This document shows, in pieces, positions 51,183 to 59,812 of a DNA stretch of 64,000 bases. The stretch covers positions 122,932-186,931 of the forward strand of contig CAWJFR010000005.1 in the NCBI GenBank assembly GCA_963842205.1. The letters are read 5' to 3'. Position numbers and translations under genes: made by a program. The DNA comes from an uncultured Solirubrobacterales bacterium. GTDB taxonomy: Bacteria > Actinomycetota > Thermoleophilia > Solirubrobacterales > Solirubrobacteraceae. Positions within the stretch are counted from its first letter, which is position 1. Each line of letters begins with the position of its first letter. The notes beneath the pieces were generated by a model. It saw nothing but the letters and a program-made list of their open reading frames with translations, ran no database searches and was not told where the DNA came from.

Positions 51183-51880
51183 GTGACCACACGAAAGCGC
51201 CATAGCGCCCACACCGCGCGCAGTCCATCTCTCCAGGTGATCTTCTTGCCTTCGGCGAACGTGCGGCCGTAGTAGGCGATCGGCACCTCATAGATACGCA
51301 GATCGGGCATCGAAAGGATGCGGGCGGTGATCTCCGGCTCGATGCGGAAGTCCTCGGAGACGAGCGTCAGGCCGCGGGCGATGTCGCCACGGATGGCCTT
51401 GTAACCAACCTCCATGTCCGACAGTGTGGTGTTGAACAGGATCCCCGTCAGCATGCTGAGCAGCCGGTTGCCGGCGTAGTGCCAAAACAGGTGCGCGCGC
51501 TGGGGCTGGCCGCCCCGCAGCCGGCTGCCATAGACGGCATCTGCGGTGCCGGCGAGGATCAGATTGACCAGCCGGGGAATGTCGGACGGGTCATACTCGG
51601 CGTCGGCGTCCTGGATGATGACCACCGTGCCGGTGCAGCGCGCAAGCGCCGTGCGCACGGCTGCTCCCTTGCCCCGCCTGCGCTCGTGAGCCACCAGCGT
51701 GATCCGTTCATCTCTGCCCTCAGCCGCCGTCACGATCGCGGCGGTCTGGTCATCTGAGCCATCGTCCACGACGATGATCTCCAGCTCGTACTCAAGCGCT
51801 TTCAGCGCCCCCAACACGTCGCCGATCGTGGCAGCCTCGTTGTATGCCGGCATCAGCACGCTGAGCTGGGGCCCGCTCAT
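51164..51880 (-). CDS. GT2 polyprenol-phosphate glycosyltransferase (DPM1-like)
   Basis: PAYNE, VDDGSDD, GKGAAVR, QDADAEYDP, GSR, DMEVGYK, EGKKITWRDG. Confidence 0.9.
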   Translation of the reverse strand: MSGPQLSVLMPAYNEAATIGDVLGALKALEYELEIIVVDDGSDDQTAAIVTAAEGRDERITLVAHERRRGKGAAVRTALARCTGTVVIIQDADAEYDPSDIPRLVNLILAGTADAVYGSRLRGGQPQRAHLFWHYAGNRLLSMLTGILFNTTLSDMEVGYKAIRGDIARGLTLVSEDFRIEPEITARILSMPDLRIYEVPIAYYGRTFAEGKKITWRDGLRAVWALWRFRVVTWRESA

Positions 51881-51958
51881 GGGTTAGAAGCTATCCGAAA
51901 ACTCGAGATGCCCCCTCAGCAGTCCTGGCAGGTAATCTGAGGAGCCTTCGGGCAGACA

Positions 51959-53416
51959 TCAATAGGCGCGGATCGGGGGGCCTTCGTACTTCACGCCGGC
52001 GGGGCTGATCCAGCGCACGCGCCAATCAACTCCCTTGGCGGAGGAGTGCAAGGCCCAGTAGCCCGCGCCGTTGGTCGTGACTATCTTCAACGTGCGGTAG
52101 CTGTGGGCGCCCTTCAGCTTGACGAGCACCGTCACCTTCGTGGACTTCGTGGTGGGTCGCACGAGGCCCCACAGCGAGAAGCCGTGCCCCCGCTTGGTGA
52201 CCGTCAGCGGCACCGGGAAGCCATAGTAGAGCGGCTTGCGCGTGCCGTTGACGTACTCCAGGCCGGTCTGAAAGCCGACGAAGCCGCCGATCGTGCTGAG
52301 CGTTAGACGCCCGCTGAGCGGGTCGTCCTTGAGCAGGTACTGCGAGAACGCAGCCACGCGCGGGTTGGAGTAAGCCATTTGCTCGGCGATCGCATCGTAT
52401 TCGGCCTGCTTTGCGGCCGACACGCCTTCGTACTTGTTCGGCTTACTCTGCACCCCGAACTCAGTCAGGTAGATCGGCACCCCTCCCGGGATCGCGTGCG
52501 CCCGCGCGGCCAGGTTCAGCGCGTTTGACAGCCGCGAGATCGAGGCGATCGTCACGCTGTCCTTCTGCTTCCAGACATAGTGGGGACCGGCCGCGGGGAA
52601 GTAGGCGTGATGGGCGTAGCCGCTCATCTGCAGCTCGCCGCAGGTGCCGGCTTTCTTGTACTTCGCGTTCAGGCACAGCGCTTCGCGCATAAACGCCAGC
52701 GGCGCGACGGGATGAGTCAGCGCTTTTGCTTTTTCGCTCCGCAGGAGGCTCGTGACGGTGTCGTAGCCGGCAGGTGCCGTCTCGCCGAACAGTACCCGTG
52801 GATGTGCGATTCCGGCCGCCTGTAGCCCCGCGTAGCCGGCTTGGTAGAGGCCGCGATAGATGTAACCCGAGACGGGCTTGCCGCTGGAGCTCCACTGTGG
52901 CATCAGATAGGCGGCCTCGTTGGGCTCATTCCAGATCGAGTAGAGCGAGACCTCCGAGCCGTAGTGGCGCGCCACCGCGGTCATGAATTCCTGAAAGTCG
53001 AGGGGGTCGGGCCGGTAGGTGTAGGGAGCTTTGTGGTTCGCGGTCGCCCAGCTGGGCGCCGGCGCGGTCACGGTCAGGAGCACCTGCCAGCCCAGCCGCT
53101 GGGCTTCGGCGAGCAAGATGTCGTACTGGCCCCAGTTGTAGCTCGCCGGGTTGGTCGCGTCGAAGCTCGGCTTCGTGGCGCTCGTGGGGTCGGGCGCGAC
53201 TTCATACCAGCTGAGCTCCACGCGCAGGGCGTTCACCCCGAGCGTCTGCAGCTGTACAAGCGCCCCGGGACGAGTGCTCGGGTTCAGCAGGTCCGTCGGT
53301 GCCTCGAAGTAGAGCCTCTGGCTTGAAGAGGCCAGCGCCCGACTCGCGCCGATCGTGCCGAACGCGAGCACCGAGCAGGCGAGTAGTGCACAGGGAAGTA
53401 TGCGGATACGCGACAT
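51959..53416 (-). CDS. Secreted clan GH-A-like glycoside hydrolase (paralog 2) with C-terminal beta-rich domain
   Basis: Signal peptide, IWNEPN, HHAY, YLTEFG; start re-called at ATG 53416. Confidence 0.72.
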   Translation of the reverse strand: MSRIRILPCALLACSVLAFGTIGASRALASSSQRLYFEAPTDLLNPSTRPGALVQLQTLGVNALRVELSWYEVAPDPTSATKPSFDATNPASYNWGQYDILLAEAQRLGWQVLLTVTAPAPSWATANHKAPYTYRPDPLDFQEFMTAVARHYGSEVSLYSIWNEPNEAAYLMPQWSSSGKPVSGYIYRGLYQAGYAGLQAAGIAHPRVLFGETAPAGYDTVTSLLRSEKAKALTHPVAPLAFMREALCLNAKYKKAGTCGELQMSGYAHHAYFPAAGPHYVWKQKDSVTIASISRLSNALNLAARAHAIPGGVPIYLTEFGVQSKPNKYEGVSAAKQAEYDAIAEQMAYSNPRVAAFSQYLLKDDPLSGRLTLSTIGGFVGFQTGLEYVNGTRKPLYYGFPVPLTVTKRGHGFSLWGLVRPTTKSTKVTVLVKLKGAHSYRTLKIVTTNGAGYWALHSSAKGVDWRVRWISPAGVKYEGPPIRAY

Positions 53417-53543
53417 TGGCCCTCGATTCGGTCGTTGCTTGCTTGCGGGACGGGAGCGGAGCGTAGAGGTGCTCGCGGAGGAGCAGACGCCAGCCATGCA
53501 AAAGGCGGGCACACCGGAGCGCCGTAGGGAACGCCGTAGGCTG

Positions 53544-53570
53544 AGACACCCTAACGCAGGGGAAGTTGCG
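53544..53570 (-). promoter_or_regulatory. Promoter-like motif CGCAACTT-N9-TAGGGTGTCT upstream of GH paralog 2
   Basis: Near-identical to the motif at 54658-54684. Confidence 0.55.
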
Positions 53571-53618
53571 CCGGCCACTGAGGATCTTCCGAGGCGCACC
53601 TCGGAGGCACTCACCGCC

Positions 53619-54656
53619 TCACTGCGAGCTGACCTTCACCTTGCAATGCGCGGCGTGCAGGTGCGCGCACACGATCACGTAGCCCGGTCGCGGCCGGTGA
53701 TGGGCGTCGGTCAGTCCAGAGTCGAAGATCGTCGAGGAGGTGCCGCCAGTCCAGTCGTAGATGTACAGGCGCTTTATGCGTGAGTAGTTGGAGGCGATCG
53801 CAAACATGTAGCCGAGCGCTTTCGCCGCGCGCGCGAGACCCGAACCGTGGTAGTTGGGGAAGGCGCCACCGAATTTCACGATCCCGCCGGTCTCGGTCAG
53901 CCAGACGTCCCCTGGCACCGCCACGAGGATCGCGCGGGTGCGTTCACTGGAGAAGCGGTTGGTGTCCGAGTAGTTGTGTAGCCCCCAGAGCGTGGGCGTC
54001 GGTACGCGCAGATGACGCAGCTCGGCTTTGAATTCAGAGATGTAGGTGAGGGTGGGGCCGACCTGGTTTTGGTCGAGGATGTCGAGTCCAAGGATCGTGC
54101 AATGTGGGCATACGTGCCTGAGCGCCTGGTAGTACTTCGCTGATTCGACCGCCGTGGGGCTGTCGAACTTCTCGTAGCTGTAGCGGACGTTGCCCCGGTT
54201 GGTCTCGTTCCACGGCTGGTATTGGTGGACGTTCGGGAACGCCTGCATGAATTTCTTCGTGTCCTGTTCATAGGTCTTGATGCTAGGCATGCGCGTGGGC
54301 GTGTACTCGGAGTGATAGAAAGCCACCAGGATCTGCTGATGCTGGGCTTCGGCGGCCACGATCCACTGCCTCGCCTTCGTCAGCGAGTAGCCGTGGACGG
54401 CGGCGTCGTAGGGGGCGATGTAGCGGGTGATGTGGGTGTGCAGCTGCCGCCAAAGCGGGTCGGAAAACATCTCGGTCCCCTCGTCCGCGATACCTGCCTG
54501 AAACGAAGCAGCCGCGTGGGCCTTGACCTGGTGCGTCGAGCCGGCGGAGATCGCCGTTCCGACGCTGACGGTGGCGCTCAACGCGAGCGACAGGCCACAA
54601 ACGAGCAGGGCGACGACGGCGAGGAGGCGTAGGCGTAGGGTCGTGAGCACGGCCAC
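53619..54656 (-). CDS. Secreted clan GH-A-like glycoside hydrolase (paralog 3)
   Basis: Signal peptide, PWNETN, LHNYSD, WLTETGG, FDSGL; start GTG 54656 or 54650. Confidence 0.7.
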   Translation of the reverse strand: MAVLTTLRLRLLAVVALLVCGLSLALSATVSVGTAISAGSTHQVKAHAAASFQAGIADEGTEMFSDPLWRQLHTHITRYIAPYDAAVHGYSLTKARQWIVAAEAQHQQILVAFYHSEYTPTRMPSIKTYEQDTKKFMQAFPNVHQYQPWNETNRGNVRYSYEKFDSPTAVESAKYYQALRHVCPHCTILGLDILDQNQVGPTLTYISEFKAELRHLRVPTPTLWGLHNYSDTNRFSSERTRAILVAVPGDVWLTETGGIVKFGGAFPNYHGSGLARAAKALGYMFAIASNYSRIKRLYIYDWTGGTSSTIFDSGLTDAHHRPRPGYVIVCAHLHAAHCKVKVSSQ

Positions 54657-54657
54657 G

Positions 54658-54684
54658 AAACAGCCTACATGTCCGAAAGTTGCG
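54658..54684 (-). promoter_or_regulatory. Promoter-like motif CGCAACTT-N9-TAGGCTGTTT upstream of GH paralog 3
   Basis: Near-identical to the motif at 53544-53570. Confidence 0.55.
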
Positions 54685-54723
54685 TTGCCCCGGCTGGTCG
54701 CCGGGCCACATAGGATGCCGGCG

Positions 54724-56457
54724 ATGCACAACGGGCGATGGCGCTACTGGGGTCCGCTGTCGGTCGTGCTCGCGGTGGCCTTCGCCCTGCGGCTGTGGGG
54801 CATCAAGCAGGGGTTGCCGTACGTGTACGACGTGGACGAGTACGGACACTTCGTGCCCGAGGCGGTGAGGATGTTCGACCACGGCCTGAACCCCCGCTAC
54901 TTCGTCAATCCTCCTGCACTGACGTACCTTCTGCACGTCGTCTTCGGCGTCTGGTTCGGCCTCCTTGGATCGAGCTCGCACACGTCGATCGCGCACGAGT
55001 TCGCGCTGCACCCCGAGCGCTTCTTCCTGCTGGCGAGGGTGGCGGTGGCCCTGCTCGGGACGACCTCGGTGTGGCTGCTCTACCTGGTGGGCGCGCGCCT
55101 GTTCGATCGTGCGGTGGGGCTGCTTGCGAGCACCGTGATGGCGGTTGCCTTCTTACCGGTTTTTTACGGCCATCTTGCGCTCAACGACGCGCCGACGCTG
55201 GCGCCGCTGACGCTCTCGCTGCTCGGCACCGCCGGCGTTCTGCGCCGGGGGCGGCTGGTCGACTACCTGCTCGCCGGGGTCGGCCTGGGCCTTGCCGCGG
55301 CGACGAAGTACACGGCGGGGGTGATGATCCTGCCGCTGCTCGGCGCAGCCGTGGCGCAGTACCGCGACGGGGCACGCGAGCACCAACAGGATGTGGCGAT
55401 CGGCACGTCCCTCGCGCTGGTGGCGGCGCTGGCGGCGTACCTGATCGCAAACCCCTATTCGCTGCTCGACTTCCACGCCTTCCGCGCGGAACTGGAACTT
55501 CAGTCGCACTACACGGAAATGTCGAAGGCCTCCTGGATCGGCGGCCCGGCGCGGGGCAGCTTCGTCTACTACCTGTGGTCGTTCACGTGGGGGCTCGGAT
55601 GGGTTCCCGCACTGGCGGCGTTTGGCGGGGCGGTGACGATCTGGCGGAGAGACCAGCGGGTCGGCTGGGTACTCGTGCCGGTCGCCGTGCTGTATCTGCT
55701 GTTCCTCAGTCTGCAGGGCCGCTACTTCGGCCGCTGGCTGTTGCCAATCTTCCCGATCGCCTGCCTACTGGCGGCAAGCTTCGCGCTCGAGCTGGCGAGT
55801 CGGGGTGCGCGGCGCGCACCCCGACTGCGCAAGGCCTTCGTCGCGCTGGCGATGATCGCGCTGGTCGTGCAGGGGGTCGTGTACAGCATCCATTCTGGCC
55901 TCGTGCTCTCGCGCCCCGACACGCGCAACCTCACGCGCGCGTGGATGGTCGAGCACATCCCCGCGGGCGCGAAGATCGTCCTCGAGCCGGTGGTCCCGAA
56001 CGCATGGCTGGATGAAACCGGCGGAGGCGGGACCGCTCAGGAGCGCTGGGTGAAGTTCCCGGCGTTACGGATGGTGCTGAACCCCGCGACCGGTAAGCCC
56101 GAAACGGCGAACGGGACGGTCGAACTGGAAGATTACGAGCGCACGCTCGGCCCGGCGCTGGTCTCCTACTACGAGCAACACGGCTACTGCTGGGTGGTGA
56201 GCGGCTACACCCAGTCGGGCCGGGCGTCCGCCGATCCTCAACTCGTGCCCGACGCGATCGCCTACTACCGGGAACTGGCCAGGCAAGGAGAGGTCGTCTA
56301 CCGCGTCTCGCCCTACAACTCTGCTGGGAAAGACGACGTGGCCTTCAATTTCGACTGGACGTTCGACTACTACCCGCTCGCCTTCCACCGCCCAGGCCCG
56401 GAAATGACCGTCGACCGCCTCCATGGCGGACGTTGCGCGAGCGTCACGCCCTACTGA
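54724..56457 (+). CDS. GT-C fold glycosyltransferase (GT39/ArnT-like)
   Basis: N-terminal TM then DE motif (VDEY), NPP, TKY, many TM helices, extracytoplasmic C-domain. Confidence 0.85.
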   Translation: MHNGRWRYWGPLSVVLAVAFALRLWGIKQGLPYVYDVDEYGHFVPEAVRMFDHGLNPRYFVNPPALTYLLHVVFGVWFGLLGSSSHTSIAHEFALHPERFFLLARVAVALLGTTSVWLLYLVGARLFDRAVGLLASTVMAVAFLPVFYGHLALNDAPTLAPLTLSLLGTAGVLRRGRLVDYLLAGVGLGLAAATKYTAGVMILPLLGAAVAQYRDGAREHQQDVAIGTSLALVAALAAYLIANPYSLLDFHAFRAELELQSHYTEMSKASWIGGPARGSFVYYLWSFTWGLGWVPALAAFGGAVTIWRRDQRVGWVLVPVAVLYLLFLSLQGRYFGRWLLPIFPIACLLAASFALELASRGARRAPRLRKAFVALAMIALVVQGVVYSIHSGLVLSRPDTRNLTRAWMVEHIPAGAKIVLEPVVPNAWLDETGGGGTAQERWVKFPALRMVLNPATGKPETANGTVELEDYERTLGPALVSYYEQHGYCWVVSGYTQSGRASADPQLVPDAIAYYRELARQGEVVYRVSPYNSAGKDDVAFNFDWTFDYYPLAFHRPGPEMTVDRLHGGRCASVTPY

Positions 56458-56517
56458 TTTCCCCGAGCGATCTTTAGCAGTAGAGGGACAGGTCCTCCTC
56501 CGGATACCCCTTGACCC

Positions 56518-57840
56518 TTACACCTGGTTCCCCCGCGCGATCTTGCGCAGGTCGATCGTCGCGTCATAGAGCTTCGCGTCGACCCCCTCCTCGAGGGCGA
56601 TCTCACGCAATGGACGGCCAGAGTCGGTGGCCCGCTTGACGATCGTCGTCCCCTTGTCGTAGCCGATCGCCGAGTTCAAAGCGGTCGCGGCGGCGAGCGT
56701 CGCCGCCGCGGAGGCCTCACAGCCGGCCTTGTTGACCTCGATTCCGTCGACACACTTCTCCGCAAACACGCGTGAGGTGCTCGCCAACAGGTGCAGAGAC
56801 TGGAGCAGGTTGCGCGCGAGCAGGGGGATGCGCACGTTCAGCTCGAACTGGCCCTGCATCCCACCGACGGTGATCGCGGTGTCGTTGCCGATCACCTGGG
56901 CTGAGACCTGGAGCACGACCTCGGGGATCACGGGGTTGATCTTGCCGGGCATGATCGAGGAACCCTTCTGCAACTCGGGCAGGCGGATCTCGCCGATCCC
57001 GGCGCGCGGGCCGGAGCCCATCAGCGCGAGATCGCCGGCGATCTTACTCAAGGACACTGCCACGACCTTCAGCGCGCCGGAGAGCTCGACGAGCGCGTCG
57101 CGGCTGGCTTGGGCCTCGAAGCGATCCAGCGGCGCGGCGATCTGGCGCAAGCCGGATTCCTTCTTCAGCCGTGCACGGACCTTCTCCGCGAATTTGGGGT
57201 GGGTGTTCAGCCCGGTGCCAGTGGCGGTGCCCCCGAGCGGGATCTGCCCGACGTGCTCCAAGGCGGACCGCACACGCTCCTGGCCGAGCGCGATCTGCGC
57301 GGCGTAGCCACCGAACTCCTGCCCGAGCGTGACTGGGACGGCGTCCATCAGGTGAGTGCGCCCTGACTTGACGACGTTCTGAAAGCTCTTCGACTTCTTC
57401 GCAAGCGAGCGCTCCAGCTGGCGCAGCGCAGGCAGCAGCTCGTTCTGGGCGACGTCGAGCGCCGCGAGGTGGACAGCCGAGGGAAACACGTCATTGGAGG
57501 ACTGACCCATGTTGACGTGGTCGTTTGGATGCACGCTGGAGCCGGCGAGCGCGGCGATCACCTCGTTGGCGTTCGTGTTCGTCGATGTGCCCGAGCCGGT
57601 CTGGAAGACATCGATCGGGAACTGCGAATCGTGCTTGCCGGCAGCGATCTCGGCGGCGCCTTTGGCGATGCTCGCGGCGCGGCGTTTGTCGAGCAGCCCG
57701 AGTTCGCCGTTGACGAGCGCGGCGGCGCCCTTCACCCGGGCGAGCCAGCGCACGACCGACACGGGAACGGTCTCGCCCGAGATCGGAAAGTTGTCAACTG
57801 CCTTGATTGTCTCTCCGCCCCACAGCTGCTTCTCCGGCAT
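56518..57840 (-). CDS. fumC: Class II fumarate hydratase
   Basis: FQTGSGTSTN, HPNDHVNMGQSSND, GRTHLMDA, GSSIMPGKINP. Confidence 0.95.
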   Translation of the reverse strand: MPEKQLWGGETIKAVDNFPISGETVPVSVVRWLARVKGAAALVNGELGLLDKRRAASIAKGAAEIAAGKHDSQFPIDVFQTGSGTSTNTNANEVIAALAGSSVHPNDHVNMGQSSNDVFPSAVHLAALDVAQNELLPALRQLERSLAKKSKSFQNVVKSGRTHLMDAVPVTLGQEFGGYAAQIALGQERVRSALEHVGQIPLGGTATGTGLNTHPKFAEKVRARLKKESGLRQIAAPLDRFEAQASRDALVELSGALKVVAVSLSKIAGDLALMGSGPRAGIGEIRLPELQKGSSIMPGKINPVIPEVVLQVSAQVIGNDTAITVGGMQGQFELNVRIPLLARNLLQSLHLLASTSRVFAEKCVDGIEVNKAGCEASAAATLAAATALNSAIGYDKGTTIVKRATDSGRPLREIALEEGVDAKLYDATIDLRKIARGNQV

Positions 57841-57883
57841 CGGCTCTCCTTGGTTTTATTGGGCCCCGCCCGCCCGCAGAACC

Positions 57884-58723
57884 CTACCCGCAGAAAGCGG
57901 CCAGCTCCCGCGCCAGCCCGACCGGGTCGTCGTAGGCCATCAGGAAACCCGTGCTTTCGAGTACACGCAGCTGGCCGTCCGGCAGCAAAGCCAGCGTCTC
58001 TTCGGCGGCCGCGAGCGGGTGCTGGCGGTCACGGTCGGCCCACAGCAAGAGCACGGGCATCGAAAGGCGCGGGTACAGATCGAGCAACTGGGTCTGCGCA
58101 CCACGCGGCCAAGCGCGCGCGCAGCGCGCCCAGGAGCGCGCGAGGTTTGGGTTGCCGGGGACGTCGGCGAAGGCGTGGCGCAGGAGGTCGCGCGCGGCGG
58201 GGTCCGCACGCGCGGTCAGGCGCAGGCCACGCTCGGGGGTGAAGGCGGCATGAGCGCAGTGGGTGAGCAGGCGGTCCAGACCGGGGACGGCGCCGGCGCC
58301 GGCGGCCAGACGCCAGGCAGTGCGCAGTCGTGCGTTCTGCGGCGGCGCGTGCAGACGACTTCCCATCAACACGAGCCGCTTGGGCTCGAGACTGCCACGA
58401 GCGATCGCGTGCAGCAGGATCTCCGCGCCGGCGTCGTGGCCGCCGATCAGGGGCCGGGGGCCGAGCACATCCGCGGCGAACCCGGACATCACATCGGCGA
58501 ACCAGTCGAGCGTATAAGGATGGCGCGGGCGATCCTCGGAGTCTCCGTGCAGCGGCAGGTCGGGGAGCACCACGCGGAAGCGGTCTGAGAGCTGCTCGAC
58601 GGCCGGTTCGAACTCCTTGTGGGAGAGCATCGCCGAGTGCAGCAGCGCGAGCGGCGGCCCAGCGCCGAACTCGCGGTAGGCGACGCGCGCGCCGTCTGGG
58701 TGGTGGTAGAGACGCAGCCTCAT
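57884..58723 (-). CDS. Alpha/beta hydrolase-fold protein, apparently lacking the catalytic His
   Basis: DLPLHGDS, GHDAG nucleophile elbow, C-terminal STGFLMAYDDP; start ATG 58723. Confidence 0.8.
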   Translation of the reverse strand: MRLRLYHHPDGARVAYREFGAGPPLALLHSAMLSHKEFEPAVEQLSDRFRVVLPDLPLHGDSEDRPRHPYTLDWFADVMSGFAADVLGPRPLIGGHDAGAEILLHAIARGSLEPKRLVLMGSRLHAPPQNARLRTAWRLAAGAGAVPGLDRLLTHCAHAAFTPERGLRLTARADPAARDLLRHAFADVPGNPNLARSWARCARAWPRGAQTQLLDLYPRLSMPVLLLWADRDRQHPLAAAEETLALLPDGQLRVLESTGFLMAYDDPVGLARELAAFCG

Positions 58724-58870
58724 ATCCGGGTGCGAGGAGGGACCATCCACTCATCGTAGGCCGCGCCGTCGAGGGCCCGCTCGGCACTCCTGCGCCTGCA
58801 ACGCGCCTGCCGGTATGCACCCCCCGTTGCGCGGGTTGCCCCGGTGGACGTCAAACCTGAACATCTCTGC

Positions 58871-59725
58871 ATGTCCGCGATCCGCACAAACGCCGCCGCC
58901 GCAATGCTGGGCGTCAGCTCGAGCACCCTGCGCGGCTGGGAGCGCCGCTTCGGCTATCCGATGCCGCAGCGCACCGAGGGCGGACACCGGCAGTTCGAGC
59001 TGACCGAGATCGAAGCGTTGCGGCAGTCCTTCTCCGAGACGCACGACATCTCCTCGGCAATCTCGATCGCCCGCGAGCGTGGTGAGGGACCCTCCTCACC
59101 GGCGCGGCTGCGCAGCGCGTACGTCGCGTTCCGAGATGACCAAGCCGACCGTCTGCTCGAGGAAAGCCTCGCCGTCCGCTCGGTCGAGCGCACGGTCGAG
59201 TCCGTGCTCCTGCCAGGTGTTGAGGCGCTCGAAGATGGCTCGCCCGAGTACCGCTTCGCCTGGCGCTACTCCACAGGCTGGCTGGCCGCCGCCCAGCGCG
59301 TCGCGCCGCCGGCCACGCGCGCGGAGGGCGTGCTGATCTTCGACCTCTCGCGACCGGCCGACATCGACTCGTTGTACATCCAGGCGCTCGAGTTGCTCCT
59401 ACGGCGCACCGGCCTGCGCGTGCTCTGCCTGCCCGTCGACCTCGAGGATGCCCGTATCGGTGGCGCGCTGCGCGCATTGCGCCCGAACGCCGTCGTCCTC
59501 GCTGGCCGCGGCGCCGCGCTCGACGCGCTCGGCAAGCTCGTCTACGCCGCCAGGCAGGCCGAGCCTGGCGTCGAGGTGCTCGACTACCGCGGCGCGCTGC
59601 CCGACACGGGCGCGAGCACAACCCGGCACCTAGGCGCAAGCCCCATTGCCGCCGCCGAGGCGCTGCGCGAGCGTTTGACGGGTGTCGTGCCGCTGCGCCC
59701 GCTCGTTGCCGCCTCACCCGCATAG
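58871..59725 (+). CDS. MerR-family regulator with CarH/LitR-like architecture
   Basis: AAAMLGVSSSTLRGWERRFG..PQRTEGGHR HTH, helical bundle, Rossmann-like C-domain. Confidence 0.85.
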   Translation: MSAIRTNAAAAMLGVSSSTLRGWERRFGYPMPQRTEGGHRQFELTEIEALRQSFSETHDISSAISIARERGEGPSSPARLRSAYVAFRDDQADRLLEESLAVRSVERTVESVLLPGVEALEDGSPEYRFAWRYSTGWLAAAQRVAPPATRAEGVLIFDLSRPADIDSLYIQALELLLRRTGLRVLCLPVDLEDARIGGALRALRPNAVVLAGRGAALDALGKLVYAARQAEPGVEVLDYRGALPDTGASTTRHLGASPIAAAEALRERLTGVVPLRPLVAASPA

Positions 59726-59758
59726 AACCACACACGTAGGACCTATACCGATCAGAGC

Positions 59759-59792
59759 GTGCGGCCTAGAGGATTAGGTCTCCGGGCCGCAC
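59759..59792 (+). terminator. GC-rich hairpin downstream of the MerR gene
   Basis: GTGCGGCCT...GGGCCGCAC stem. Confidence 0.5.
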
Positions 59793-59812
59793 CTACAATG
59801 GGCCGCCCTGTG

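Noticed and set aside
59726-59812. T-box riboswitch upstream of ileS
   Set aside because: Region is too short and lacks the GGTGGNACC T-box sequence; only a hairpin and a TACAAT box are present
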